A stretch of 64,000 nucleotides of DNA, taken from contig NW_027361672.1 of NCBI RefSeq assembly GCF_039654945.1, positions 25,916,001 to 25,980,000 on the forward strand. Reading direction: 5' to 3'. Positions within the stretch are counted from its first letter, which is position 1, and each line of letters starts with the position of its first letter. The notes under the pieces are model-generated. The model did no database searches and was not told the DNA's origin. It saw only the letters and a list, made by a program, of their open reading frames with translations. The stretch comes from Dendrobates tinctorius (Eukaryota). Positions 27,741-40,703 of this stretch are shown one piece after another. Position numbers and translations under genes: made by a program.

Positions 27741-28202
27741 AATGTCAAAAATAAAATCCAGAAACTCACATTATATAAATTTATTTGCATTTTGCAGTAA
27801 TGAATAAGTATTTGACCCCCTACCAACCACTGAGAGTTCTGGCTCCTAATCAACTTGTTACCTGCATTAAAGACAGCTGTCTTACATAGTCACCTTTATA
27901 AAAGACTCCTGTCCAAAGACTCAATTAATTAGTCAGACTCTTACCTCTACAACATGGGCAAGACCAAAGAGCTTTATAAGGATTTCAGGGACAAGATCAT
28001 AGACCTTCACAAAGCTGGAATGGTCTACAAAACCATAAGTAAGACACCGGGTGAGAAGGAGACAACTGTTGGTGCAATAGTAAGAAAATGGAAGAAATAG
28101 AAAATGACTGTCAATCTACAATGAATGAAGAATTGAAAGACTCTTGGCTGGCTACAAAAAGTGTTTACAAGCTGTGATACTTTCAAAAGGGGGTGCTACT
28201 AG

Positions 28203-28237
<35 letters not shown>

Positions 28238-28249
28238 TGTATATATATA

Positions 28250-28288
<39 letters not shown>

Positions 28289-28562
28289 CAGTACATGTAC
28301 ATTTTTTTCCTAAAATACAAAGGAAATGTGTCATCTTTAACTTTAGGCCTTTAGAGGTCTTTCATCTTTAACTTGCTTAACTGTTCACAATAACAGTAAT
28401 GACTTTTGCATGTCACTGTATTTACTCTAATCCATTTATTCTATTTATAAGTTACATAAAAATGTGATAACAATGCATCATATATCAATATCTGTTTTGT
28501 TTTATTTTTTATCAAAAAGAACATACCCTCAAATTGACATTTTTTTTTATCAAGGCACCCTA

Positions 28563-29779
28563 TCAACCTCTTTCCAACGTTGGGCATAATAATACGCCCA
28601 CATCGGACTCCCTCCCTTTGATGAGGGCTCCGAAGCCAAGCCCAATTCTTTCCTGGCACATGTTAGCTGTTTTGAACAGCTGACATGTGCCTCTAACAGG
28701 TGAATCGCAATCCACCTGCAGCCGTTAACCCGTTAAATGTCACTGGCATTTAACTTTTGCTTCCAGGAAGCGCTCTGGAAATCCCGACCATCGGTGACCC
28801 TGTCATGTGATTGCGGGTCACTGATGGGTTGGCATGACAACCAGAGGTCTCCAGCAGACCTCTATGGTTTTCATTGCCAGATTGCTATGACAATGAGGTG
28901 GTTGGCGCTCATAGCAAGTGAGCATTTCTGCTACATACAGGCGATCTGATTATCGCCTGTATGTAGCAGAGACAATGGGACAACTGCAGCTTCTAGTCTC
29001 CCATGGAGACTATTGAAGCATGCAAAAAGTTAAAAAATGCTTTTACAAATATTTAAAAAATATAAAAGTTCAAATCACCCCCCATTTCACCCCATTCAAA
29101 ATAAAATAATAAAAAAATCAAACATACACGTATTTGGTATCGCTGCATTCAGAATTGCCCAATCCATCAATATAAAAAAAGAATTAACCTAATTGATAAA
29201 TGGTATATCGAGAAAAAAGTCAAAATGCCAGAATTGCTTTATTTTGGTCTCTGTTACATTGCAATAAAAAGATCATATCTACACCAAAATGGTATAAAAA
29301 AAGCATCAGCTTGGCGCACAAAAAATAAGCCCTCACCCAGCCTCAAATCATGAAAAATGGAGATGATGCTGGTCTTGGAAAATGGCGCCTTTTTTTTTTT
29401 AAACAAGCTTTCATTTTTTCTTTTACCACTTAAATAAAAAAGAACCTAGACATGTTTGGTGTCTATAAATTAATAATAATCTGGAAAATCATGGCAGGTG
29501 TAGTTTTAGCATTTAGTGAACATGGTGAAAAAAAAAACTCAAACAATTGTGGAATTGCAATTTTTTTGCAATATCACGTCACTATGAACTTTTTCCCTGT
29601 TTTCCGGTACAGAATATGTTAAAACTTATGGTGTTGTTCAAAAGCATAACTTGTCCTGCAAAAAACAAGCCCTCTTATGGCCATTTTGACTGAGAAATAA
29701 AAAAGTTATGGCTCTGGGAAGAAGGGGAACAAAAAAGAAAATGCAAAAATGGAAAATGGTCAGTGGGTTAAGGGGTTAA
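28563..29779. mobile_element. piggyBac-like non-autonomous element
   Basis: Paralog of 23889-25106; ends aaggggttaa. Confidence 0.7.
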
Positions 29780-29786
29780 GCAAATA

Positions 29787-30367
29787 CCATATATACTCGA
29801 GTATAAGCCAACTCGAGTACGCATGGCTCCTTCTCCCTATCCTTGTATGCATGGCTCCCCATGAGAAAAGCATAAAAAAAGACATCCTACTTACCTTCCC
29901 TGCACGCTCTCGCAGCATGTTCTTCCGGCTTCCTTCAGCTCCTGCTTAAGAGCACTCACGTGTCTCCGCTCATTAAGGTAATGAATATTCACCTTTCTAC
30001 AGTCAGCGGGACACATGATCTCTCGGCCGCTGGAGCTGCTGGAAGCTGGAACAACATGCTGTGAGGGTGTGCAGGGAAGGTAAGTAGGAGGTTTTTTTTA
30101 CAGCTGCTGGAAGCCAGCGGCTAAGATTGTAACTGTGCACACTATAATGTAAAAGAATATTGCCAGTGCAGTGAATGTTCATTTCTATTTAGCAGTGAGC
30201 TCAGTTACAGCCGCAGCCGCCGAGTCCTGCCTCCTGTGACCCGCTGCTCTGTCGCTACCCCTCTCCAGCCAGCTTATGGGACAAAGACTCGTGTATAAGA
30301 CGAGGGGGCATTTTCAGCACAAAAAAAAATGTGCTGAAAAACTTGGTTTATACACAAGTATATACGG
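29787..30367. mobile_element. Tc1/mariner(pogo)-type MITE
   Basis: ta|ccatatatactcgagtataagcc ... tatacacaagtatatacgg|ta; same TIR family as 4973-5723. Confidence 0.7.
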
Positions 30368-33017
30368 TAATTGTACACAATACCTTTTTATCTGCTGCAG
30401 CTCTACTAATCCTCTCAATCATGAGCTCTCTCTAATCCATCTACACCTAGTTTTATTCCTACACTGTGCATAGACATAGGCAGAAAGATGCCAATCAATA
30501 GTAGGGGACAGGAGCTCAGCATTGAGAGACCATGCAAAGTTTCAGAAGACAAAATAGTGTTTTATTAAAACTACAACATGGAACTCGTTAAGTTACCCAA
30601 CACTAAAATGAAGGCCTCTGCCCCTACTTTATGATGTGCTCAGATTTAATAAATAGCTTTTAGGAGTACTAACATTAATCTACCTCATAATAATTTTTTT
30701 GTAAAGAAAGAATCAACAAAGTTCAGATTAGTCATGTTCAAAACATGGTTGAATCAACGACGATTGCAGAAGATTCCAATTTTGTAATATGATACCATTA
30801 CTCTGCATAATACTCATGATAAAAGTTTATGAACCCACACATAAATAGCAATCGTTTCACAGGACTCAGGTCATAACCCTGTGAAGAATGCAAAGCATCC
30901 ACATCATCGCCTACTGGCCTGCAAGGCAAACATTTACAAACAAATACTTTTTTCATAGGTAATAACAAAATAAAATGTAAGAACAAAATTCCTAATGATT
31001 TAGACCTTGAACTCCATGATGTTTATGAATTAGACGGCGTTGTAAAATGTGAGGAAATATTAATACGTTTTTACCTTGCAAAGTTCTAAATCCATTTGAT
31101 AAGAAGACTTGAAAGCACTTGCACAAAAAATGCAGTTGAGTGAATGTAGCCCTTAGGGTGTAGAATTTGTGATAAAAGGTCAATTATTGGGAATTTTTAT
31201 GATTTATGGCACTTATGTTTAAACAAGTTGTTATCTATGCATACATAAAATTTATCCAAACTATTTCCTACAGTAATTGAAGTTCTGAACAGTGAGGACA
31301 GCCTTTCATTTCTGTAACAATCGAGGGCACACAAGAGTCAACTCATTAGAATATGAGTGGCTTCTTTCTGGTCTCTCACCATTAAATTCCTATAATGTCA
31401 CTTGTCACTTATTAATGACAATTAACAAGTAATCAACGGTGAAACTATTTGAGGTGGTCGTCGCTTGACAGGTGTAGAAAAGGAACACAGATTAGTGCCA
31501 TACAGTGACACAGAACTTTCAAAGGAATCATAGTCTTTCCATAAATTATTTCACAGAGAAATTATCTGCACTTGTTCTCCCTCTTTAGCTATAATTGGGC
31601 TAAGTAAAGCCATTACCATTTCAATATTCACTGACCAAGAAGCAGGATTGTAACAAATTATATTTTTATGCCTGAGTTTATATTAGTTTAATATTCGGAA
31701 TTATAGTTATGAAATGCATTAATGTGGATTTTCAAACAATCACTCATATTTTCCCCTGTAGTTTTATATATTGAACATGTACTTATTAAAAAAGTTTTGA
31801 ATTATAAAAATTACCCTTTAAATGGCAACCTACAAAGCAAAATCATTATACTGTGCTCTACACTAAGCATTGTGTTGGGGTTTCCATCTAAATTCTTGAA
31901 GAATGAAGCCCCAATGTAATAATTCAGTATAATGGGACAGATGGAGTAACTTGACACTCTGGCCACCCTTCTTGACACTGTTCATCTTTTTTTTACCCAA
32001 AATCATGGTGGACCACAGCATGACTGTGAACTCAATCTTGTTCTTCTATAGCTAATAGAAATCTGATGTTTTGTATGTACTCTATGTAGAAAAACTGCAA
32101 CATCACCTAGGCTCTGCTACCCAATCTGAAAGGAACATGTGATACAAGGAAGAAGTGCCAATTTTTGGGGATATCAAGTTTTAATTTAAATTTAATTTTA
32201 AACTTTTGCAATTTCAATATATTTACAACAGCATCTTTTATTGATATTCCAATTAAAGTTACTTGAAATTTTCATTGAAACTGCTGACCTGTTTCTGATG
32301 CCTTATGGATCTTTTGGCCAAATTCTGATGTTTGTGAAACAAATAAGGCTGTCAAGTTTGGATCAGGAGACCCTCTGCCAGTCCATGCATTGAGGTCAGT
32401 CCTTGACCATATTCATGGACATCAGAATTAGGCAATAAGAGCCAGGACGCATGTGTGAATGAAGCCTTAGTAATAGTATGTTTCCCTCTTACTGGTGAAT
32501 ATGCCTTAAAATACACTAAAATTAAACTAACTGCAACATACAGTATAACCACTAATAAATTAGTCTTCGTTTGTGTTACATACATTCAAAAAGCAGTCCT
32601 GTTCTAAACACAGTTCACACAATTTATTATATACTGTAGCTGTTGGAAAGCTGAAAATCTGAAATTAGAGATAACTGGATGTTTTGAAATTAGAATTCAC
32701 TGATTTCTCCGAATTTTCCCAAGAAATTTGATTTACAAAGAATAAATTCACATGGATTTCAATACGTAAAAGCATGTAATTACTCATAAAATCCATATGG
32801 AAGAGATGAGTGAGAGAGAACCTCACCAACCATAAGGACTTATACTTTACAGACAATAGAGAAAGAGGAATCCACTTACTCTTTACAGAGAGTATGGGTC
32901 CCACTGACCAGAAAATTTTTGAATCTGCCAGAGAGAGGGGATCCTGCTGAGCAAAGAGCTTACACTTTACAAAAGTGATAAAGAGAGACAGAGGAACCTG
33001 CTGATAAGAAGAGCTTA

Positions 33018-33611
33018 GGGCTCCGTCACACATAGCGACTCACCAGCGATCCCGACAACGATATCAACTTGTCAGGATCGCTGGTGAGTCGCTACATGAT
33101 CGCTGGTGAGCTGTCAAACAAACAGCTTCACCAGCGATCAGCACCAGTGACGCCGAGCGCGCGGCGTCGCTGTGTACTTTAGTTACCGGCACACTGATGC
33201 AGGGAGCTGGTAACTAAGGTACACATCGGGTTTCAAGGGGCGTGCGTCACTTAGAAACCCAATGTGTACCTTGGTTACCAGTTCCCTGCATCAGCGCGCT
33301 GGTAACTAAGGTACACATCGGGTTTCTAAGCACCGCCCGGTGCTTAGAAACCCTGCGTTTACCTTAATTACCAGCGCACTGGTCGCTGGTCTACCGCCTG
33401 TCACACGCAGCGATGCGTGCTGGCCAGTGGGAGACCAGCGACCAAAAAAATGTCCAGGGCTTTCCATCAACGATCAGCGATACCGGCAGGGGGGCCGGTC
33501 GCTGATAGGTGTCACACACAGCGATCTCGCTGGTGAGATCGCTGTTGCATCGCAAAACTTGTGACTCAGCAGCGATCTCGCTAGTGAGATCGCTATGTGT
33601 GACAGGTGGCT
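33018..33611. mobile_element. Harbinger-type MITE (gcgat/atcgc family)
   Basis: TSD TTA, TIR gtcacacatagcga / tcgctatgtgtgac, internal palindromes. Confidence 0.75.
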
Positions 33612-33879
33612 TTATACTCTACAGTTAAAGAAAAAAAAATTCTTGAACTGCTGTTTATTTGGTCAGTGTGCCACCCAAAAATTTGAATAAGGCTGGGGTC
33701 ACACTTGCGAGTGCAATGCGAGAAACTCGCGCATCAATACCCAGCACTGCCAGCCACACTTAGATGGCACAAACATCAGTTTTATAGACAACGATTGGTA
33801 GAAAAATGTAAGAAAAGTAACACAGGTAGTTGACTGAAAGTAAGTGCAGGCCTGCCTGTCTGGGAAACCTGCTTACCCG

Positions 33880-34330
33880 GGCAACCCACCAGATGGAAAC
33901 CCAACTTAGAGTCTCCACATTTCAAAAAATAATTGTCACACAGCACTAAAGTGGCATCAATTTCCACACCGTAGAAACAGTATAATAGGCCTCTGACACA
34001 TGTTTCACCACAGGAAACCCACCTGATGGAGACCCAACTTGGAGTCTCCACATTTCAGAAAATAATTGTCACACACCACTAAAGTGGCATCAATTTCCAC
34101 AGAGTAGAAATATTATAATAGGCCTCAGACACACCTTCCACTACAGGCAACCTACCAGATTGAGACCCAACTTGGAGTCTCCACATTCAAAAAAATAATT
34201 GTCACACACCACTAAAGTGGCATCGATTTCAACAGAGTAGAAATATTATAATAGGCTTCTGACACACCTTTCACCACAGGCAACCCACCAGATGGAGACC
34301 CAACTTGGAGTCTCCACATTTCAAAAAATA
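33880..34330. repeat. About 120-140 bp tandem repeat in hAT subterminal region
   Basis: gagacccaacttggagtctccacatt...cactaaagtggcatc repeated about 3.5 times. Confidence 0.8.
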
Positions 34331-34440
34331 GCTTGTAACATCAGCAGCAGAAGCAACAGCAGGCACAGAAGACATCATAAAGATGACACAGACTGCAATA
34401 ACGCGAGTTGAATACATGACGCTAAAAATGATACCATTGC

Positions 34441-35480
34441 CTAGTCTGCCCAGTCTGCGACTGGGATGCAAAAGTTATCAGCGATCCATGACTTGTTCAT
34501 TTTAATGAAAGTTAGGTGGCTTACACTTTGAGCCGACAGCCAATTGCGCTTTTCTGTCAGGACACCACCATCAGCACTGAAGTCATGTTCTGAGAGAACG
34601 CTGGTTGCCAGGCATGACAAAACCTCCAAGGCATGACAGGCGAGCTCTTCTATTTTTAAAGAACAAAATGTAAAAGGATTCAACCCCCCCGATGGCATTG
34701 ATATTGAGCTCCAAATACTCCTGCACCATCATCTCCAGTTGTTCACAACATGACAGACTTGTACTCTGATCTGCTGGTGCCCCAGCTGGTCTAAAAAATG
34801 TTTTAAATGACTCACAGAAATTGCTTATGCCACTTACATTGCTTCTGCTGCTGCTAATGTTTTGGCGATGATGCCATGGCATTCCTGGGGTTGGATGTCT
34901 GCAACTGGGAAGCACACTGTGTGCCTCACTGCTGTTTTCGGGGAAAACCACCCTTAATACAGTCTACAAGCATATTTCAATGCTCCAGCATGCACGCATG
35001 CGCGCATCTCTTTGGCTCAGTGGTTAGCACTGCAGCCTCGCAGCGCTGGAGTTCATACTGATAGGGAACTTAGATTGTGACCCCCATTGGGGACAGTGCC
35101 AAAAATATCTGTAAAGAGCTGTGGAATTAATGGCGCTATATAAATGAGTAAAATAAATAAATAAATTAAATTAAAATATCCTTTTCCAGGGGAGGAAGCA
35201 TCTGGCTAAATTTCCTTATACACCTTGGATCTAACAGAATGGCAACCCAGTAGTCAGCACTATTTCTAACCCTAAGAATAGGGCATTGTGTTGAAGATAG
35301 TGCAGCAAGAAAGCGCTCATGTGGTCCAAGTCCATGCTTTGTTGGTGGTGGAGTAGCACTCAAAGTTGCTTCCTCTGTCCCCTCCCGCCAACCACGGAAA
35401 ACAGAAAACATATCATGATCCTCTTCATCTCCTGACTGTTGCATGTCCATCACCTCATACTCCTCAATTTGTTCCCCAGC
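34441..35480 (-). pseudogene. hAT transposase C-terminal remnant
   Basis: YWVAILLDPR; dimerization motif LSCLATSVLSEHDFSADGGVLTEKRNWLS...LTFIKMN. Interrupted by a SINE fragment at about 35010-35170. Confidence 0.8.
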
Positions 35481-35624
35481 TTGATACGAGGTACAATACA
35501 AAATAATATTGTGGTACCGTGTTAGCCAGAAAAATAGATGTAAATACTTATGTCCCCACCAAAAATTGAGAAAAATATTCAAGGAGTGATACCTTTATTG
35601 GCTAACCAGAGAAATTATATTTGC

Positions 35625-35665
35625 AAGCAAGCTTTCAGGGCTCAGAAGGCCCCTTCATCAGGCTG
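35625..35665 (-). ncRNA. Minimal type-I hammerhead ribozyme
   Basis: Minus strand: cagc CTGATGA agggg-ccttctgag-ccct GAAAGCTT gctt. Confidence 0.7.
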
Positions 35666-35691
35666 GATTACAAGTGAATTCACTTGTAATC

Positions 35692-35732
35692 TAGCCTGAT
35701 GAAGGGACCTTCTGAGCCCTGAAAGCTTGCTT
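35692..35732 (+). ncRNA. Minimal type-I hammerhead ribozyme
   Basis: tagc CTGATGA aggg-accttctgag-ccct GAAAGCTT gctt; predicted cleavage after 35728. Confidence 0.7.
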
Positions 35733-36116
35733 GCAAATATAATTTCTATGGTTAGCCAATAAAGGTATCACTCCTTCAATACTTTTCTCAATTTTTTTGG
35801 GGGACATAAGTATTTACATCTATTCCTCAGCTTCACTAAGCCTAGGTTCACATTAGCGTTTCTGTGGGCAGCATATCATCTGCATGCAAAAACTCATGCA
35901 AACGCATATTTACGCAGCATTTTTATATGCATCATGTTACGCATGGCGGCAAAAAAAAGCTGTGTATGCCTGCATTTGTATGCATTTTTGCATGCGTTTG
36001 CGTTGTTTCTGCACATGCACTCGATATTTCCAATGCTTTTCCAGTAGAGTTTCCTTGACACCAGAAACCCAATGGGCGTGTCTCATGGGATTTCTATATA
36101 TAGACACATTGCACAG

Positions 36117-37482
36117 ATGAAATCATCATCTTTTGCTGCTGTATCCAGCTGCAAGATGAATCTTAGCATGGAGAGCTTCCTTATTATTCTTGATTTGCGA
36201 TTGAAATTGGCTGTTGCTTTTGCTGTGGCTTGTGAAGAAGAAAGAAGAGAAAGACGGAGAAGACGTCGTTGTTGCTATTGGCAACACCTCATCATTTCAG
36301 TCCAAGATAGCCGTGGAGCCTACCACTTGTTGTACACTGTGCTGCGTGAAAACCCAGAAAAGTTTTTCGAGTACAAGAGAATGTCGGAACGGAGCTTTGA
36401 TGACTTGTGGCAACATGTCCGAGGATCGATCACCAGGCAGGACAAACAACTACGTCAAGCAATTCCTGCTGAGGAACGTCTGTTGGTGAGACTAAAGTAC
36501 GTAATGTTGAATAAGAAACACCTGTCAATATTATTGTTCTAAAAGCCATGTAATGTTTTTTTTCACATTTTCTGTTACTGGCTACCAGAGAGAACTTCTC
36601 ATCTCTACATTTTCAATTCTGCATTGGAGTGTCCACTCTTTCTGGGATTGTTGGAGACACCTGCCGTGCTTTATGTGACGTTCTTCATAGAATCATAGAA
36701 TCATAGAGAATTCATGAAGAATTCCTCCCCCAACCCACAACTGAACCCTGGCTGGAAAATGCTGCAAAATTTCTGGACATTTGCAATTTTCCAAACTGTC
36801 TGAGGGCTGTGGACGGCAAAAACATTTGAATTATGAAGCCAGCTGGAAGCGGATCCGAGTATTTAAATTACAAAAAATACTTTTCCATTGTTCCATAGCA
36901 ATTGCAGATGCTGACTGTCGATTTGTCGCCGTGGAAATTGGCTCATTTGGATGAGGAAATGACTCCCAGACTTTCAAAAACTCAGTCATGGGCCAACGTT
37001 TGTATGGTAATGATTTCAATTTGCCACTGCCATGACCTCTTCCGAACACTGAAGGACCACCAATGCCATTTGTTGTGATTGGGGATGAGGCGTTTCAAAT
37101 GTGTGCCAATCTCATAAAACCGTACTCAAGTCGGGACTTGAATCACATCAAAAGGATTTACAACTACCGACTGACAAGGGCACGAAGAACTGTGGAGTGT
37201 GCCTTTGGATTGCTGGTATCTAAATGGTGCATTTTGGGTACAGCTATCAATCTTAAATTTGAGACAATTGAAGTTTTGAAAGCGTGTGTTGTTATGCACA
37301 ATTACATCCTGGCAAAAGAGCGACCCAACTTAGAACTTGAGAAACCTGTTAATACCACATTGCAGGATTACCAAGATCACCCTCTGAGGACTGCAGTGCA
37401 AGTTGCCCACATGAGGGATAAATTTGCTGCCTATTTTGTTTCAGATATTGGATGTGTGGCATGGCAAGACGAAATGGTGTAA
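36117..37482 (+). pseudogene. Harbinger DDE nuclease (HARBI1-like), disrupted
   Basis: KFFEYKRMS..SFDDL, IPAEERLLV, NFPNCLRAVDGKNI, YFNYKKYFS, IGDEAF, YNYRLTRARRTVECAFG. Probable short intron after about 36497; stops and frameshifts. Confidence 0.88.
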
Positions 37483-37749
37483 GCCCTAAGTAAACTGTTC
37501 CTGTAATGTTATGTACCTGTACTGTTTGCTGACTTTAATACTAACACCTTGACTGTAACTTTAATTATAAACACCTTGACTGTAACACCTGTTAATACTT
37601 CACTCAACAATACACACATTTAAAAAAAAGAGATAAAGAAAACACAGGGAACCAGGTAGTGTGAAACAAAATAATTTTTAATAACAAAAATAAAAACAAT
37701 TTGAAATTTAACACATTATTAAAAAAAGAAAGAAAAATAATGGGATTTA

Positions 37750-39533
37750 CTTTCAGGGTCTGCGGGAGGGAGTAACATTGTGGACCTGGGGGGTGTTGGG
37801 CTGTGATGGTAGGCTAGGAGTGGCTGGGGAAGTTGTTACAGGGGAAGTGGCAGTCAATTGGAGGATTTGGTCAGAAACATTGGCAGAGGACACATTGGGG
37901 AAGAGGACACATTAGGAGTGGAATTCAAGTTGGAAGAGATTGACACATTGGATGGGAGAGAACCAAGGCAAGGTGGGGAGATACTGTACTTGGAAAAGGA
38001 GAAACGTTCAGAAGTGAGGATGGAGGGGATGGGTAATGTTCCTTTGCTACTTTTCATTTCCTGGCCTTCATTTTGCTGGTTCCTCTGCGTTTTTATTCCT
38101 GTTCCTGAGGTGCTGAACTCGGCTGCATGATGGAAGTTGAAGGCTGGGCTGCTGCACTCAGATGCTTGATGTAAGTTGAAGGCTGGGCTGCTGAACTCGG
38201 TTGCGTGGTGGAAGTTCAAAGCTGGGCTGCTACACTCAGATGCATGATGTAAGTTGAAGGCTGTGCTGCTGAACTTGGTTGTGTGGTGGAAGTTGAAGGC
38301 TGGGCTGCTGCACTCAGCTGCATGGTGTAGCTGGGTATTATAGGAACAGTCCTAATGTCCAGCGGTGGTGGTGGTGTTGGATAGGTCACTTGTTGAGCAG
38401 ACTGGTATCCAAGTCCTGGCGGATTCTGACACTGATGCTGTGCTGTAGCTTGTTGACCTGTAGGGAAAGAACTTTGTGTCTGCTTTGTGTCTGCTGATAT
38501 TGGGACCGCTGCATGGCCTCGGTGTAAGCATCCTGACAGGCTTTCATCACATACAGCTGGAGTTCAGGACTAAGGTTTTCTGACATGCTCCGTTCTATGG
38601 CGGAAAAATAATGTCACGCCGGTCTATTAAGGTTGGCTTCCAGGAGGTCAAGGCATCTGTGGACTTCCTGTAAAAGTGTGTTCACCTCAGTGAACCCACT
38701 ATCTAGTTTTTCTACAACCACCTTAATCCCATCCTGGAAGATCGAGCCTAAGTGAACAAACTCGGGCATGACTGACCTCTCCCAGGCCGCCTGCCACTGG
38801 CAAGCAGACCCAATTAAAGTAGTGGCAGAGGGCTGGGAGAGGGGAAAATTAGATGGACCGGCTGCCTGTTCCCCAGCCTGTGAAGCCTGCCTGGTTGCTC
38901 CATCGCCAGTGGATGATTGGGATTGGGCCTGTTCGTTGGCTGGTTGATGAGGGGCCGCTCCAACAGAGGACGATCCAGGTTGTGTGGTGCTGCTCCAGGT
39001 TCTGTGTGGAAAATAAATGAAAAGCATTAGTAAAAAAAATAAAAAGTTGAAATAATAGTAAGACAACACAAAAGATACTCACGTTCGCTGAGCAGCAGCA
39101 GGCTTCAGAAACAAAAGCTGACGATGGTACTTATATTTTCAGATTGTTGGAGCAGAACCACTTCGAACCAGACTCTCTTCTCTCATGTCCTTATTGCAGC
39201 GATCCTTCATCAAACGCCAATGGACTTTTATTCTCTTCACTGTGAAGGGGGAAAAAAAGGAAAAAAATAATTCTTAAACAATGCACCTACATTAACAGGT
39301 TCACTGCCACATCAGACCACATTGCAATACTTACAAAATTCCTTTCTGGCATGTGGCGTGGCACGGTCCCAATCAGCCAGCAGCGATCTTGCCACTTCTT
39401 CCCAGAGTCATTGAATCCATGCAGAGTCAGAATGATTACGATTATGGGGGTCCCACAACACTGCTCGCTCTTGCACGGATTGAATTAGTTGGTCGTTGTC
39501 AATGTCTGGTTTGCCTTCCTCACATTGTGTAAT
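37750..39533 (-). pseudogene. Harbinger Myb/SANT (MADF-like) partner gene, spliced and disrupted
   Basis: Exons about 39533-39335 (LIQSVQERAVLWDP...LWEEVA), 39239-39083 (KVHWRLMKDR...YKYHRQLLFL) and 39001 onward, with GT-AG introns. A 30/60-bp repeat lies at about 38107-38330. Confidence 0.75.
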
Positions 39534-40703
39534 CTATAGATGAAGTAAAAAACTTAAAAAGAAATTTACGATTAACAACACAGAACAAAGAGCTCCCTAA
39601 GTGGAAACATACCATGCAAGACAATAGGGGACCACCAAGATTAAGCAAATATAAATTACTAAAATGATATATACAGTAGAAGAAATTAAGAAATATATAA
39701 ATACAGTATATAATGTGTAAACGCAATTATTCTACAAAGCAAACATATATATATATATATATATGCACACTTAAAGTAGTTACATATATACATATTTATA
39801 TAATATGTGAACAAAATTAATTACAAAACGTAGAATAAAATATTAAACAAATATGTAAAATTTAAAACATAAAATATAAATACATCCAAAATATGGAATT
39901 GTGTAGTATTAACATAATAGAGTATACTGTACATAACTGTATAAATACAGATAAAGATGCAAATAAAATGCAAAAATGCATGTGAATAAATGGGATAAAA
40001 TATAAAAATGATGTACAGACCTTTTAACATATACAGTATGTACTTAATGAAATATAAAATGAAGACTTATGTGTATAAATATGTGAAAAGTATTATTGTT
40101 AAATAGTGAACATAATGAAACTATTTAAAAAATGGAAAGTCTGATGCAAATTCAGCTTTAAAAAGAAGAGTGAGTAAAAAAGATGTGCTGATTTTTTCAA
40201 ATTTGAATTTGACAGCTTTGCCAAATTCTCCCCCAAAATTGTATTCATGGAAAATAAATTTGCATGTAATTGTTTGGAAAATACATGAGATGGAGAGATG
40301 AGATAGAGAAAGAGGACCATGCAGACCATAAGAGCTTACACTCTATAACATAGAAATAGAGTGAGAACCCTGCTGACCATAAAAGCTTATACACTGGAGA
40401 AGAGAGAAAAGACGATGATGATCATAAGAGCTTGCACTCTACATGAGAAAGACAGAGAGAGGACTCATCTGAACCATAGGTGTAGCTAGGGTTTTGGTTT
40501 CGGGGGGGGGGGGGGGGGGTGAAACTTCTCAGTGGGCCCCTAACCTAGTAACCTTGATTACAACTGGGTGACGCACCCTAATAGTGGATGTAGGAGAACC
40601 TCAGCAGATGACTGCACTGTTGTTTAAAATAATTTCTATATAAAGACCAATTTTGAAATCACCGCCATATGATCAGTGGTAAATACCAGTCCTACAGAAC
40701 ATA

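Larger units (their letters stand above)
25876..28120 (+). mobile_element. Tc1 fragment (second family) interrupted by a solo LTR
   Basis: ta|cagtggagggaataagtatttgatccc TIR; transposase start atgggcaagaccaaagag at about 27954, truncated. Confidence 0.75.
35485..35824. mobile_element. Short Penelope-type insert forming a 292-bp palindrome with two hammerheads
   Basis: Arms 35533-35678 and 35679-35824. Imperfect flanking duplication ttccccagcttga (35472-84) / ttcctcagcttca (35823-35). Confidence 0.75.
35840..39540. mobile_element. PIF/Harbinger autonomous-type element (two convergent genes); right TIR not found
   Basis: taa|gcctaggttcacattagcgttt left TIR; nuclease on + and Myb/SANT-type gene on -. 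Confidence 0.85.

Noticed and set aside
33880-34330. CRISPR-like repeat/spacer pattern (also 44680-45148)
   Set aside because: Intervening sequences are also repeated, there are no cas genes, and the context is eukaryotic.
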